From an uncultured Phycisphaerales bacterium (GTDB lineage Bacteria; Planctomycetota; Phycisphaerae; Tepidisphaerales; Tepidisphaeraceae), in contig CAWJPJ010000006.1 in assembly GCA_963844715.1 (NCBI GenBank), positions 512,001 through 576,000 on the forward strand: 64,000 nt of DNA, in the 5' to 3' direction. The translations under genes and the position numbers were made by a program. Below the pieces are notes generated by a model. The model had not been told where the DNA came from, did not search any database, and saw only the letters and a list, made by a program, of their open reading frames with translations. This document shows, one piece after another, positions 53,586 through 64,000 of this stretch (position 1 is its first letter; every line of letters begins with the position of its first letter).

Positions 53586-53716
53586 CTCACGCCCGCTGCG
53601 TAGTGCCGAGACGCCCCAACAGCTTGCTTTTGTAACCTTTTATTGCTACATTCGCTGGCTGCGCTTTGAATACTCTTTTCGCACGTCGGGTGTTTGCACG
53701 GGCGCAAGGGACGTCT

Positions 53717-55048
53717 ATGCATTTCACGATATCACTTCTCGCAATCGTGGCAATCGCCGTCATCCTGGCCTTGGCAGGCTGCACTTCCAATCAGCCTTTT
53801 CGAACCAACTTCGAGCCGACCGGCGGCGATCCCAACAAAGCCGTCATCGAATCCAACGCCGATTTCAAGCTCGGCTACATCGAATTCGACGATCAGGGTT
53901 GCCTGTGGGATGACCGGCAGCGCACCGTCGTCGAACAAATGATCCGCGACGAAGCGGGCATCGGCTCCTCCAATCCCCAGGGAATTATTCTCGTTGCGTT
54001 CGTGCACGGCTGGAAAGACAACGCCTCATATGACGGCGCCGGCGTCTCCGCCTGCAAACAAATTCTGACGCAACTTAGCGCCGCCGAGCAGGTCCAGACC
54101 GATCATCCGGCGAGAAAAGTTGTCGGCGTCTATCTCGGCTGGCGAGGATTGTCCGAAACCATCGAGCCCTTTGAGGAACTCAGCTTCTGGGGCCGAAAAA
54201 ATACCGCCCACAAGGTAGGCGGTTACGGCGCGATGACCGCTTTGCTCGTCGATTTGGAAAATATCCAGAAGGCGAGCCTCATTTCTCTCCCGGTGAACGC
54301 GCCGCGGACCGAATTCATTATCATCGGCCACAGCTTTGGCGGGGCCGCGGTCTACTCCGCCCTATCCCAAATCATCACCGAGCGGTTCGTCAACACCCTC
54401 CAAAAGCAACCGCCACAGCGCTTAAGCCCGCTTGGCGACCAGATCATTTTGCTCAACCCCGCTTTCGAGGCCCTTCGCCACTGGGATTTGAACCAGATGG
54501 CCCTGGCCATCCAGCAATATCCCCAGGACCAAAGACCAGTTCTTTCCATTTTCACCAGCCAGGGAGATTGGGCGACGCATTATATGTTTCCCATCGGACA
54601 ATTCTTTTCAACGCTGCTCGATAGAAGCCGCGATAGCGAACAATGGACCGCGGGCTCGGAAACCGTCGGCTGGTATAAGCCATTTTTAACTCACGATCTG
54701 GAATACAAAACCCCAGCCTCGCCCGCCGATATGCAAACCAGCACGCTCAATCCCACCACTCACAAACACGAATTCCACAACCGCACGCAGTTAATGCTTT
54801 CCCTGAACAACGTGAAAGCTCAGCGGGCGAAATGGAATCCCAATGGGCCGGCCGCCCGAACCTACACTTTCGACGACACGGTATTGAAACCCATCGCAAG
54901 CTTCCATCCGGGCGACCCGTTCCTGATCGTTTCCGTCGACCCCCACATCATGGCCGATCACAGTGACATCGCAAACCCGGTGCTGATCAATTTTATTCGC
55001 GAATACGTGCAGTTCTGCCAGATTGACGCCAAGGACCACACGAAATAG
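53717..55048 (+). CDS. Alpha/beta-hydrolase lipoprotein
   Basis: LAGC lipobox, IEFDDQG, FVHGW, GHSFGG nucleophile elbow. Confidence 0.75.
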   Translation: MHFTISLLAIVAIAVILALAGCTSNQPFRTNFEPTGGDPNKAVIESNADFKLGYIEFDDQGCLWDDRQRTVVEQMIRDEAGIGSSNPQGIILVAFVHGWKDNASYDGAGVSACKQILTQLSAAEQVQTDHPARKVVGVYLGWRGLSETIEPFEELSFWGRKNTAHKVGGYGAMTALLVDLENIQKASLISLPVNAPRTEFIIIGHSFGGAAVYSALSQIITERFVNTLQKQPPQRLSPLGDQIILLNPAFEALRHWDLNQMALAIQQYPQDQRPVLSIFTSQGDWATHYMFPIGQFFSTLLDRSRDSEQWTAGSETVGWYKPFLTHDLEYKTPASPADMQTSTLNPTTHKHEFHNRTQLMLSLNNVKAQRAKWNPNGPAARTYTFDDTVLKPIASFHPGDPFLIVSVDPHIMADHSDIANPVLINFIREYVQFCQIDAKDHTK

Positions 55049-55153
55049 CCGCCGCACGAAATTGCCACCGTGCGGAATAGCCGCAATGCCAGCCGCAATC
55101 TCCGCTTAATCCGAGCCGCTGTCCTTGCATGGCGACACAAATCCAAAATCGGC

Positions 55154-55203
55154 TTGACACTCCGTAACCATCCAGTTACCGTATAGGTAACCATATGGTT
55201 ACC
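55154..55203 (+). promoter_or_regulatory. Promoter and tandem ArsR operator
   Basis: TTGACA-17bp-TACCGT; GTAACCATCCAGTTAC (55164-55179); perfect palindrome GGTAACCATATGGTTACC (55186-55203). Confidence 0.75.
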
Positions 55204-55524
55204 GTTCGCCCCCGGAATCCCGACGCCGTGTTCAAAGCCCTCGCCGATCCCACGCGCCGCCAGATCCTGGGTATTCTTCGCGGCGGGGGGACCACCGTCG
55301 GCGAAATCGCCCGGAATTTCCGCACCAGCCGCCCCGCTATTTCCAGGCATCTGCGCCTCCTGCGCTCCGCGGGCTTGGTCGCCACGCACAAATGCGGCAC
55401 CGCGCGGATTTGCCGGCTCAACGCCAAACCCCTCCGCGTCGTCCAACATTGGATCGCCGATTATGAAACCTACTGGAATGACAATCTGCGCAGCTTGAAG
55501 AAATTCATCGAGGAAAACCCATGA
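55195..55524 (+). CDS. ArsR/SmtB family regulator
   Basis: VFKALADPTRRQIL, SRPAISRHLRLL..AGLV. Confidence 0.9.
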   Translation: MVTVRPRNPDAVFKALADPTRRQILGILRGGGTTVGEIARNFRTSRPAISRHLRLLRSAGLVATHKCGTARICRLNAKPLRVVQHWIADYETYWNDNLRSLKKFIEENP

Positions 55525-55969
55525 CTACTCCCACCAGCGAAAACGCCATAGTCGCCGAAATTGTCATCGGCTCCACCCCAGAGCCGCATTTTCCGGGCCC
55601 TCACCGATCCGGGACAGCGCACCCAATGGTGGGGATCGAAAGGCAAATTCGAAGTCAACCACATGGAATCCGACCTTCGTGTCGGCGGCGGCATGGCTCA
55701 TGAGCGGCATGGGAATGGAAGGAAAACCTTTTACGCTCCGCGGCCAGTATCGAGCCATCGATCCCCCTCGCCTCCTCGAATTCACATGGGTAACCGAATG
55801 GGGAGACGCGCCGACAATTGTCCGGTTCGATCTCGAGCGAGCCAACGGAGCCACCACCGTTCGCGTCACCCACTTTGGTTTCAAGGAAGAGACCGCCAAA
55901 CAGTTTTACCGTGGCTGGCCGCTCCTTCTGGCAAACCTGCGGGCCCACTCCGAAAAGAACCCCTTATGA
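55521..55969 (+). CDS. SRPBCC (AHSA1-like) protein (two compensating-type indels)
   Basis: RIFRALTDP..QWWG, DLRVGG, IDPPRLLEFTW, VTH..GW. Confidence 0.8.
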
Positions 55970-56358
55970 AATCAAACCCAACCATCTATTGGATCACCAC
56001 CGCCGTCGTCGCGTTCGTCCTTATCTCCGGCGGCCTCGCCTACCTCATGCGCATCCCACCCGTCCTGGCGGGAATGGCCAAGCTGGGTTACCCGCCCTAC
56101 TTCGTGACGATCCTGGGAATCTGGAAAGTGCTCGGCGGAATCGTTTTGCTTGCCCCAGGCCTGTCACTTCTGAAGGAATGGGCTTACGCCGGTGCAATAT
56201 TCGACCTGACCGGCGCCGCAGCCTCGCATCTTGCCGTCGGCGATCCCGCCATCAAGATCGCCGTGCCGATTATCATTGCGGTAATCACACTCGCTTCGTG
56301 GTATTGGCGGCCCGTTTCGCGCCGCCTCGTCGTGTTCCCCCGCCCCTCACCAGCCTGA
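55966..56358 (+). CDS. DoxX family membrane protein
   Basis: LGYPPYF..LGIWKVLG, LKEWAYAG..FDLTGAAASH. Confidence 0.87.
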   Translation: MKSNPTIYWITTAVVAFVLISGGLAYLMRIPPVLAGMAKLGYPPYFVTILGIWKVLGGIVLLAPGLSLLKEWAYAGAIFDLTGAAASHLAVGDPAIKIAVPIIIAVITLASWYWRPVSRRLVVFPRPSPA

Positions 56359-56385
56359 TGAGACGGTCCCCGCCGCAATTGGCGA

Positions 56386-56931
56386 TCACTTGTGCTTGAT
56401 CGCGCCGAACATAGTCCTTCTCGTCCTGATCTGCCCCGCATGATAGACATCGTGCATCGCCATCACCCAAAAGAAATTCGCCGCCGACTTTTTACCGTGA
56501 TGATTGGGAATCGGCCGTTCCAGCGCCTCGTCGCCGCAAGATTCCAGGCACACCGTCAAAACTTTTTGCGCTTCTTCCAGGAGCCGGATCGCCCCGCCTA
56601 TTCCGTCGGCTAACTTCCAACCCCAAGCCGCCCCGCAAGGAAACTCTGACGGCAAATTCGCGGAATCCCCCTCGTCGTTCACATTCGGGTCAACCAACGG
56701 CATCGCCGTCCCAAACCCCTGCCGGCAAAACCGCGCCTTCGCCCAACCCACGTGCCGCACGATTTGCTCAATCGTCGGCATGGTCTCATCGACCCGCCAA
56801 GACGCCTCCTCTTGTGTGACCCCATCCAAAGAAGCCATCAAAGACATATCCGGCCGGCCGCGAAAGGCTTCGGCGGTTTCCTTGATGAGCAACTCTTTTG
56901 CGCTGAACATGCGATCGGAGATGGTAAGCAA
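56386..56931 (-). CDS. DinB family protein
   Basis: TIEQIVRHV, HDVYHAGQI. Confidence 0.75.
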   Translation of the reverse strand: MLTISDRMFSAKELLIKETAEAFRGRPDMSLMASLDGVTQEEASWRVDETMPTIEQIVRHVGWAKARFCRQGFGTAMPLVDPNVNDEGDSANLPSEFPCGAAWGWKLADGIGGAIRLLEEAQKVLTVCLESCGDEALERPIPNHHGKKSAANFFWVMAMHDVYHAGQIRTRRTMFGAIKHK

Positions 56932-56988
56932 CCGAGCAAAGTTGCACCAGACACGGCTGTCTCCGGAATGGCTTACAGAGGCGAGCGA

Positions 56989-58044
56989 TTATTCCTTACC
57001 CTGCAACTGCAAAACCGTCCGCTGCTTGAGCTGCACGTTCGTGAACGAAAACCCCGTCATGATTCCCGTCCGCTTGTCATATTCCCAATCGCGCTCCCCG
57101 CACGGGCTCCCCTGGGTGATCACGACCGAGTTCCCGTTCACGCTCGACACGACCGTCTTCTGTTGCGTGATCGAATCCTGATCGATCACCTGGCCCTGCT
57201 GTAGATTCGCCAGCGACGCCGGTCCAAGCCACACGCCGCCGATTTGCGCGGCTCCGCTGGCGAACACGCTCTGGCTCGGTATCGGCGGGCTGTTGCCGAC
57301 CTGCACCTGCGTCGAATCGGTAAACAGCAGCCACCCGTTCCCGCGATCCGTGACGGTCATATCCAACGCCACGTTCGTCGGGACATTAACAAACGCGTTC
57401 TGATACTGAACGCTCCCGCGATAATGCAAAACCTTCACCGTCTTCACCCAATCGGGCGGCGGATCGTTCGCCCACGGAAGGCCCAGATCGCGCATCCCCA
57501 GAAAATCCCCATCCGCGGCCGTCCCGCCGGCGCCCTGCGTCGCAAAGTGATAGCAAAACCCCGTCTTGGCATCGAAGACGTGATTCTCATAACTCGTCGG
57601 CGTCTGCACCACCCACTGAATGCAGTCCACATTCCCGCCCGGAGTCTTCCACGAGACGTGCGCCACCGTCTGCCCCTGGCTCGGGTCGTTCGGCAGCGTC
57701 GCCAGCTTCGACGGCGCAATCCAATAATCCGTGTACTGTTCCAGCGTCCCCACAAATCCGTTGATCCCCTCCATCGGCACGGGAGCCGCGAATCCCATCG
57801 TCCGCAGATCGGCAAACGTCTGGCTCACGCCGATCACTTTATCCCCATCCACCGCCACGATCGTCGCCTCGGCGATTCCGCCCCCGGCCACGCCCCGGCC
57901 GTCGGGGCTCAGTTTTCCCGATTGCCATGTGCCGCAAAATGTCAGCCCGGGATGCTCCCAATTCTGATCGGCCCGCGCAATTCGCGGGCCAACCAGAAAT
58001 AGAGTTACCAAAATCGCCCCAAACGCCGTCGAAGCCCGCCGCAT
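56989..58044 (-). CDS. Hypothetical secreted protein
   Basis: Signal peptide ending ARA; beta-rich body. Confidence 0.6.
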   Translation of the reverse strand: MRRASTAFGAILVTLFLVGPRIARADQNWEHPGLTFCGTWQSGKLSPDGRGVAGGGIAEATIVAVDGDKVIGVSQTFADLRTMGFAAPVPMEGINGFVGTLEQYTDYWIAPSKLATLPNDPSQGQTVAHVSWKTPGGNVDCIQWVVQTPTSYENHVFDAKTGFCYHFATQGAGGTAADGDFLGMRDLGLPWANDPPPDWVKTVKVLHYRGSVQYQNAFVNVPTNVALDMTVTDRGNGWLLFTDSTQVQVGNSPPIPSQSVFASGAAQIGGVWLGPASLANLQQGQVIDQDSITQQKTVVSSVNGNSVVITQGSPCGERDWEYDKRTGIMTGFSFTNVQLKQRTVLQLQGKE

Positions 58045-58078
58045 GTTCATCGAACTGCCTCCCGAATGTCATCCCCTT

Positions 58079-58885
58079 CTATTTTCCGACCGGCTGCAAT
58101 TCCTTCCCTTCGAGCGTGATCGCGACCCGCCGGCCAAACCACGACCGCTCCCCGCCGCCGTACATCTCCTCGAGCACCAGTGCGACCTGCGCCATATCCC
58201 CATCCGCCGCGACCCATCCACCAGCCACGTCCGGAAAATCCGTCGCGCAGTTCGCGCATTTTTTGCTGTGGTCAAACCGGATCGGGCACCAGAACGACTC
58301 GACGTTGCGAAGCATCTCCGAGCCGAGCGACCACACTCCGGTCATCCAATCGCAATAAAGGCACCAGATTCGATCGTGCCCGACAAGTCCGCGAAACTTA
58401 TGCCGCGACACATTCACCCACTGGGCCGATTCATACTTGGGCAATCCGACGAGCTTCGAAATAATCGGGTACACAATCAACTCGGCGACTCGTACGACCC
58501 AAAACATCGGCGTCAGCGTGGCCGTCGTCCAAAGCGCGGCATGATTTCGCCATCTCCCGACGATTCGATTAAGCACCTTCACAATCCTCGGCCCGCGCAT
58601 CGACTTTCGATTCGCCAACTCGTGCACATAAGTCCAGATCAGCACCCCGGCCACCTGCCCGACAATCGCCCCGGCAAATCCGCGCCACCCCGCCACAATC
58701 GGCCCAAAAAACAACGGCGCAATCGTGAAATATGTGATCAGAAGATCCAACCCCGGCGCCCGGCACAGCGCCGCCGCCGCTTTCCGCCCGGGACGCCCCA
58801 GCGTTGGAAGCACATGCAAAAACCCCGCTCCGACCAGCAGCGCCGCGCAAACTTCGCCCGCCACCGTCAAGAATGGTAAGTGCAT
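58079..58885 (-). CDS. Hypothetical membrane protein with Cys motifs
   Basis: Several TM segments; WCLYCDW, FWCPIRF, KCANC. Confidence 0.65.
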   Translation of the reverse strand: MHLPFLTVAGEVCAALLVGAGFLHVLPTLGRPGRKAAAALCRAPGLDLLITYFTIAPLFFGPIVAGWRGFAGAIVGQVAGVLIWTYVHELANRKSMRGPRIVKVLNRIVGRWRNHAALWTTATLTPMFWVVRVAELIVYPIISKLVGLPKYESAQWVNVSRHKFRGLVGHDRIWCLYCDWMTGVWSLGSEMLRNVESFWCPIRFDHSKKCANCATDFPDVAGGWVAADGDMAQVALVLEEMYGGGERSWFGRRVAITLEGKELQPVGK

Positions 58886-59049
58886 TTATTCAGCTTACCC
58901 GGCAAGGCCGCCCATTGACACCCGATCGCCGCGTCTCCCCGGTGCGCCGCAGCCACGTCCGCGAGCTATTCGCTTTCCAAAACTAGGACATAACTCTTCA
59001 TTTACGTATCATCCGGCCCCGAGGCATTTCACAACCTGGGAGCATCCCC

Positions 59050-60051
59050 ATGATCTGGATTTGGATCGGCTTCATGCTCCTGGTGATCGGCATGCTCGCC
59101 CTCGACCTGGGCGTCTTCCGTCGCAAAGACCACGTCGTCGGAACCAGGGAGGGCCTGATCTGGACCGCCGTCTGGATCGGCATGGGGCTGGCCTTCAGCA
59201 TTTTCGTCTACTACGCCTACGGGCACCACTGGGCCGGCCTGGGGAACGACATTGACGAAGTCACCGGCGCGACCACTGGCGGCGGCGAAGCGGTCCTCAA
59301 ATATCTCACCGGCTACGTCCTGGAGAAATCCCTCTCTGTCGACAACATCTTCGTCATCTCCATGATCTTCACGTCCTTTGCGATCCCGGCCCAATATCAG
59401 CACCGCGTCCTCGTCTGGGGCGTCATCGGCGCGATCGTCATGCGCGCCGTCATGATCCTCGTCGGCGCCGAGATCATCGAGGAGCACCATTGGGTCATCT
59501 ACGTCTTCGGCGTTCTGCTCGTCGCCACCGCGATCAAAATGCTTTCGATGAAAAGCGCCCCCTCTCGGCCCGCGGACAACCCAATCGTCAAAATCGTCCG
59601 CAAGCTCTTCCCCGTCGCCAATGAATTCCACGGAAATCACTTCTTTGTGAATCTCCCCAACGTCGGCTGGGCGCTGACGCCCCTGGCACTGGCGCTGATC
59701 GCCGTCGAGGCGACCGATCTTCTCTTTGCCGTCGATTCAGTTCCCGCGATTTTCGCCGTCACGTCCGATCCGTTTCTCGTTTTCACCAGCAACGTCTTCG
59801 CCATGCTCGGACTCAGAGCCCTCTATTTCGCGCTGGCAGGCCTTATCACGCGCTTCAAATACCTAAAGACGTCCCTCGCCCTGGTCCTGGCCGTCGTCGG
59901 GGTCAAGATGCTCGTCGCCTCCTGGCTCAAGGAAGTTTTCGGTTCCTGGATCCAAATTGTGCTCCTGGCCGTCGTCCTGCTGATTGTGGGCGGCGGAGTC
60001 GCCCTTTCCTGGATCGCCGATCGGCGCCTCTCGCGCCCGGGAGCCCCCTGA
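59050..60051 (+). CDS. TerC/Alx family membrane protein
   Basis: GYVLEKSLSVDNIFV, QHRVL.WG, DLLFAVDSVPAIFA, FTSNVFA.LGLR. Confidence 0.92.
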   Translation: MIWIWIGFMLLVIGMLALDLGVFRRKDHVVGTREGLIWTAVWIGMGLAFSIFVYYAYGHHWAGLGNDIDEVTGATTGGGEAVLKYLTGYVLEKSLSVDNIFVISMIFTSFAIPAQYQHRVLVWGVIGAIVMRAVMILVGAEIIEEHHWVIYVFGVLLVATAIKMLSMKSAPSRPADNPIVKIVRKLFPVANEFHGNHFFVNLPNVGWALTPLALALIAVEATDLLFAVDSVPAIFAVTSDPFLVFTSNVFAMLGLRALYFALAGLITRFKYLKTSLALVLAVVGVKMLVASWLKEVFGSWIQIVLLAVVLLIVGGGVALSWIADRRLSRPGAP

Positions 60052-60458
60052 TGCTCGCCTGGCTGAGAATCCACGGCTGGTGGCTGGCCATCCTCTCGAG
60101 CATCCTCAGCATCGCCGTCGGCGCGATCGGCCTCTGGCTTCTGGTCCGCCTTCCCGAAGATCACTTCCTCCGCTCCGGCGAAGACCCCGCCCCGCCGGGA
60201 CGCCACCCCGCTCTTCATCTCGCCCTGATGATTTTGAAGAATCTAATCGGCGGGATGATCGTCCTTCTTGGCGCACTCATGTCCCTCCCCCTAGTCCCCG
60301 GACCCGGCATCGTCATGCTGATCCTCGGCCTATCCCTGATGAGCTTCCCCGGAAAACGGAAATTGGAATTGAAACTCCTGAAAATCCCCCTGGCCCTCGA
60401 CGCCGTAAACTGGCTGCGCCGCCGCAATGGCCGTGCGCCGTTTCGCCTGCCAGACTAG
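60051..60458 (+). CDS. PGPGW-like membrane protein
   Basis: KNLIG..VPGPGIVMLILGLSL..FPGKR. Confidence 0.7.
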   Translation: MLAWLRIHGWWLAILSSILSIAVGAIGLWLLVRLPEDHFLRSGEDPAPPGRHPALHLALMILKNLIGGMIVLLGALMSLPLVPGPGIVMLILGLSLMSFPGKRKLELKLLKIPLALDAVNWLRRRNGRAPFRLPD

Positions 60459-60468
60459 CTGGTAAGTC

Positions 60469-63400
60469 TTAAGCCGCCCGCCGCCGCCGTCGGCTCACCA
60501 GCATCATTCCCGCCGCGCCCAGCAGCGTCAGCGATCCCGGCTCCGGCACAAGCTCCGTGAACTCCACGTACGCCGTCGTCCCGGTGTATCCGGTCTCGAA
60601 CTGGCCGTTGGAATAGGATTGGCTCTGATCCAGGTTGAAGCCCTGCATGAGGTCCACCGCATCCGGCGCGTTGATCACGACAAAGGTATCGCCGATCTGC
60701 GGCACATATGCCGGATTCAGGTCCAGATAGAGCGTTCCGCCGTCGATCAGAGCATCCCCTGTGGGAACCAGCAGGGAATCGGAACTTCCTAATCCCTCGA
60801 TGCCAATCGAGAGCGTCCCGCCGGCTTCCTGCGAGAATCCGCTTGAAATCGTCAGCACGCTGCTGTTCACGTCGATCCCGCCGGGATCAACCGTTCCGCC
60901 GGAGTTATCGACGGTGCCGTTGATGGTTCCGCCGCCGTCGATCGTGCCGCCCTGGTTGGAGACGCTTCCGTCCATCGTGCCGTCGACCTGCGTGCTTCCG
61001 CCGGTCTGCTTATAAGTATCGGCGTCTAGAATGCCGTCCGGCTCAACCGTCACGGTCCCGGCGGTCGTGATGCTCGGTGGATCGACATCGCCAAATCGAC
61101 CCACGTACAAATTCGCCGTCGCGGCGATGGTCCAGTTCCCGTTGCTGTTGACCTTGCTGATCGAACCGGGAAGGCCCTGCACGGTCACCGCCGCCCCGGT
61201 GGTGGACATATTGCCGTTCAAATTCAGCACGGCGTTTCCGCCGGAAACGTTTACCGTCGCGCTATTGTTCAGATCGCCGTCGATCGTCATGGTCGTATTG
61301 GCCGCTCCTATCCCGGCCCCGATGACGTTCAGCGTACCCTTGCCTTCGTTGACAACGTCCTCGGCGAAAGTCACGGTGCCGGTGTTGAGGGCCGTGATCA
61401 CGCCATCGTTCGTATCGGCCGTATTTCCTATGTCGAAGCTGAAGAACGACCCGCCTGAATCCGCGGTCACATTACCGTAGCCGTTGTAGGACCCGACAGT
61501 AACGCTGCCGCCCGCGGAAGCATCGACGTTACCGCCGTCATTGCTGAGCAGGCCATTCTGCCCGGACAGCCCCAGAGGATCGACGTTCAGCGCGCTGTTC
61601 GTGCCCGAGACCGTGACCGTGCCGGCGTTGTTCAAGGACCCGGCGGTGGCCGTCCCGGCTGAGGTGATCGAAAGACTGGCGCCGATCATGTTGCTCAGAT
61701 TGCCCATGTTCCCGGCGTTGGGGCCGGTGTTGAACGCCGAGGCGGCGCCAGATACCAGAATCGTGCCGTTGTTCGCCGCGCCGACTTTGGCGGTCTGGAT
61801 GATTCCGCCCGGATCGACAACGATCGTACCCATATTATTCAGCAACCCACCGGCAGCCAAAGTGATCGTGCCGCCGGAATTGCTCTTCAATGTGGCCAGC
61901 GCCGTATTGGTCAGATTAAGGGTGTTCAGCGCGCTGGTGGCGCCCTGAACGACAACCAGGCCGGTGCCATTGTTGGTGAACGTCGTGGCGGCGGCATTGG
62001 CCGTCATGACCGAGCCGCCCTGGATCGTGATATTCCCCGCCGTGTTGACGTTATTGTTCGTATTGAGGATCCCGCCGGAGTCGAGCAGGATTTGCCCAAC
62101 GATCGCGCCGTCGTTGTTGTTAGTCAGCACGCCCGTATTGGTCAGCGTCCCGCCATTTTCGGCGGTGATCTGCCCGCCGGTATTGTTCAGCGAATTGACC
62201 GTAACCGTGGACCCCGCGCCCGCGATGTCCATGGTTCCGTCGGCGTTGCTGTCGGGACCCGTATTGGACGTGAAAGTCGAGCCGCTTTCCACGTCCATGG
62301 TGCCGGTATTGGTCAGCGAAGCCGCGGTGATTGAAGAAGCGCCGCTGAGAGCAGTCACGGCGTCCGCCCCGCTGTTCGTGAATGAACTCGAACCCGTCAT
62401 CGTCGCCCCGTTCAACAACGTAAGGGTGCCGTCGGTGAGGCTGAAGGCGCCCGGACATTCAGAGTCGGCCGTCCCGCCAGGGCGGAATTGTTGTTCAGGA
62501 CAATCGCCCCACCGCTGCTGGTGAATGCAAGCGTATCCGCCGCCGCCCCGCCGCCCACCGTAATGGTCCCGCCGGTCTGGGTGGTTGTGCCGACGTCGAG
62601 AAGGGCCGAGGCGCCGACACTGACCACGCCCAGGTTGTTCGTGAAGTTGGAATAAGCCGCATTGCCGTTGGTGGCAAACTTGGAATTGGCGCCCGACAGG
62701 GTCAGGGCGCCGCCATTGGTGACAGCCCCGGTTGAGACGAACGTCGACCCGCCGGACATCGTGATGCTGCCGTTGTTCGTGATGGCGCCGGTCGCAGTGA
62801 AGGCCGATGCCCCCGATTCCGTCACGTCCCCGGAGTTAATCAGATTGCCGGTCGTGGTCAAACTGAGTGTGGCCCCGGCCAGCAGATCCACCGCCCCCGA
62901 GTTCGTCAAATCGCCGCGCACCTTGAAAGTCGGCCGATTCGCAAGCGTTGACGCGCTGTTCAATGTCAGCGTGCCGCCGTTGTTCGTGTAATCGAACGAA
63001 TCGCCCGCCGACCCGGACGAAATCGAAACCGTTCCGTCATTCTGAGTCACGTCGCCGACATCCCACAGAGAAGCCCCGGTCGCCGAAACCGACCCGGACC
63101 CGGCATTCATCGTGAAATCGCTGTACGCGTCGGGCCCATCCAGATCCGTCGCGAACGTGGACCCGCCGGAAAGGATTACGCTCCCCGAACTGGTCACGTC
63201 GTCCGACGTCGTCAGCGTTCCCCCATTGGTCACTTCAATCAATCCATCCGCGCCCCCCGAGGAACCGTTGGAGAGCGTTCCGCTGATGTTCACTTTTCCC
63301 TTGGCCAGGCTGAGCAGGCCGCCGTCGTTGTCGAAGTCATCCGTGTTCAGCACGCTGCTCGATCCCCCGATGGTCACCGTTCCCCCGTCGTTGGTGAACG

Positions 63401-64000
63401 TGTCCGTGTTCATCACGGTTGACGTCAAACTCAAGGTCCCGTCGGTATCGTCGAAATCGTCGGTCGTGGCGGTGGTGGATGTCAGGCCGACCGTGCCCCC
63501 GTTGTTGTCAAAGTCGTCGGTGGTCAGCGTCGCGTTCGCGCCGGTCATCGTCAGAGTGCCGCCGTCCGTGTTGTCGAAATCCCCCGTCTGGATCGTCGAC
63601 GCGCCCGCCGCGATGATCGTACCGTTCCCGGAGTTATCCACCTGGCCTGTGCCCGAAAGGGTGGCCGTGTTTAGACTGATAAAGTTGTTGTTGTTCAACC
63701 CCGCATTCGGATACGACAACGCCGATCCCGAATTGAGCGTCATCGTCCCGTTGTTGGTCATGCCATTTCCCCAAACCAAGGCGTTCCCGGTTCCGGTGAC
63801 GACCACCTGGCCCGTGTCGCTGTTGGTGAACTCATTCCCCGCCCCGTTATCTGAGAGGGTCCCGTTCCCGGCCTGGAAGTTGATTGTCCCGTCATTCTCG
63901 AAATCCGTCATGTCCGGAATCAATACCAGCGCATTGCTTTGAATATTGATCGTCCCGGTCTGGTCTTCATTGCTCACGTCATTATGAAGGGCAAGACTCC
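60469..64000 (-). CDS. Large beta-strand-repeat PEP-CTERM surface protein (5'-partial; frameshift near 62450)
   Basis: G/N/T-rich repeats (TTDDFDNxGG, NxGTITL); C-terminal VPEPGS, TM helix, RRRRR. Confidence 0.83.

Noticed and set aside
5017..55969. Mass pseudogenisation or programmed frameshifting
   Set aside because: Catalytic motifs are intact on both sides of each shift, there are no slippery heptamers, and the indels cluster at GCGC or homopolymers, consistent with consensus errors
58886..59049. yybP-ykoY manganese riboswitch upstream of terC
   Set aside because: I could not find the conserved motif elements by eye; an Rfam scan would be needed

Overview
GC-rich bacterial chromosomal window, most likely from a Planctomycetota (Phycisphaerae/Tepidisphaerales-like) genome. 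This is an inference from the PEP-CTERM and VPLPA-CTERM proteins, the UvrB/C-motif protein and the bacterial topoisomerase VI. Many conserved genes carry 1-2 bp indels, mostly in or next to GCGC, so the sequence looks like an unpolished long-read consensus. Core content: livG/livF, M20 dipeptidase and phosphomannomutase, an xfp-amylase-pgm-ackA cluster, SCO proteins, glycosyltransferases, ygfZ-ppk2, top6A/top6B, class III FBPase, purD-alr, peroxiredoxin and MBL-rhodanese, ArsR-SRPBCC-DoxX, TerC and a large PEP-CTERM protein. A ~9 kb island is integrated at tRNA-Gln(CTG); it has a 27-bp att duplication, a tyrosine integrase, an Xis-like gene, IS21, IS110 and decayed RHS/toxin cargo. The most striking structure is at 46.8-49.0 kb. 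There, tRNA-Pro(GGG) is embedded in a tandem array of 289-bp units. Each unit is a small GIY-YIG nuclease gene fused to a tRNA-Pro fragment whose anticodon arm is exactly replaced by a 14-bp palindrome. A matching 5' pseudo-tRNA sits behind the promoter, and a degenerate distal copy brackets an oxidoreductase gene. All calls are from reading the sequence by eye; no searches were run.
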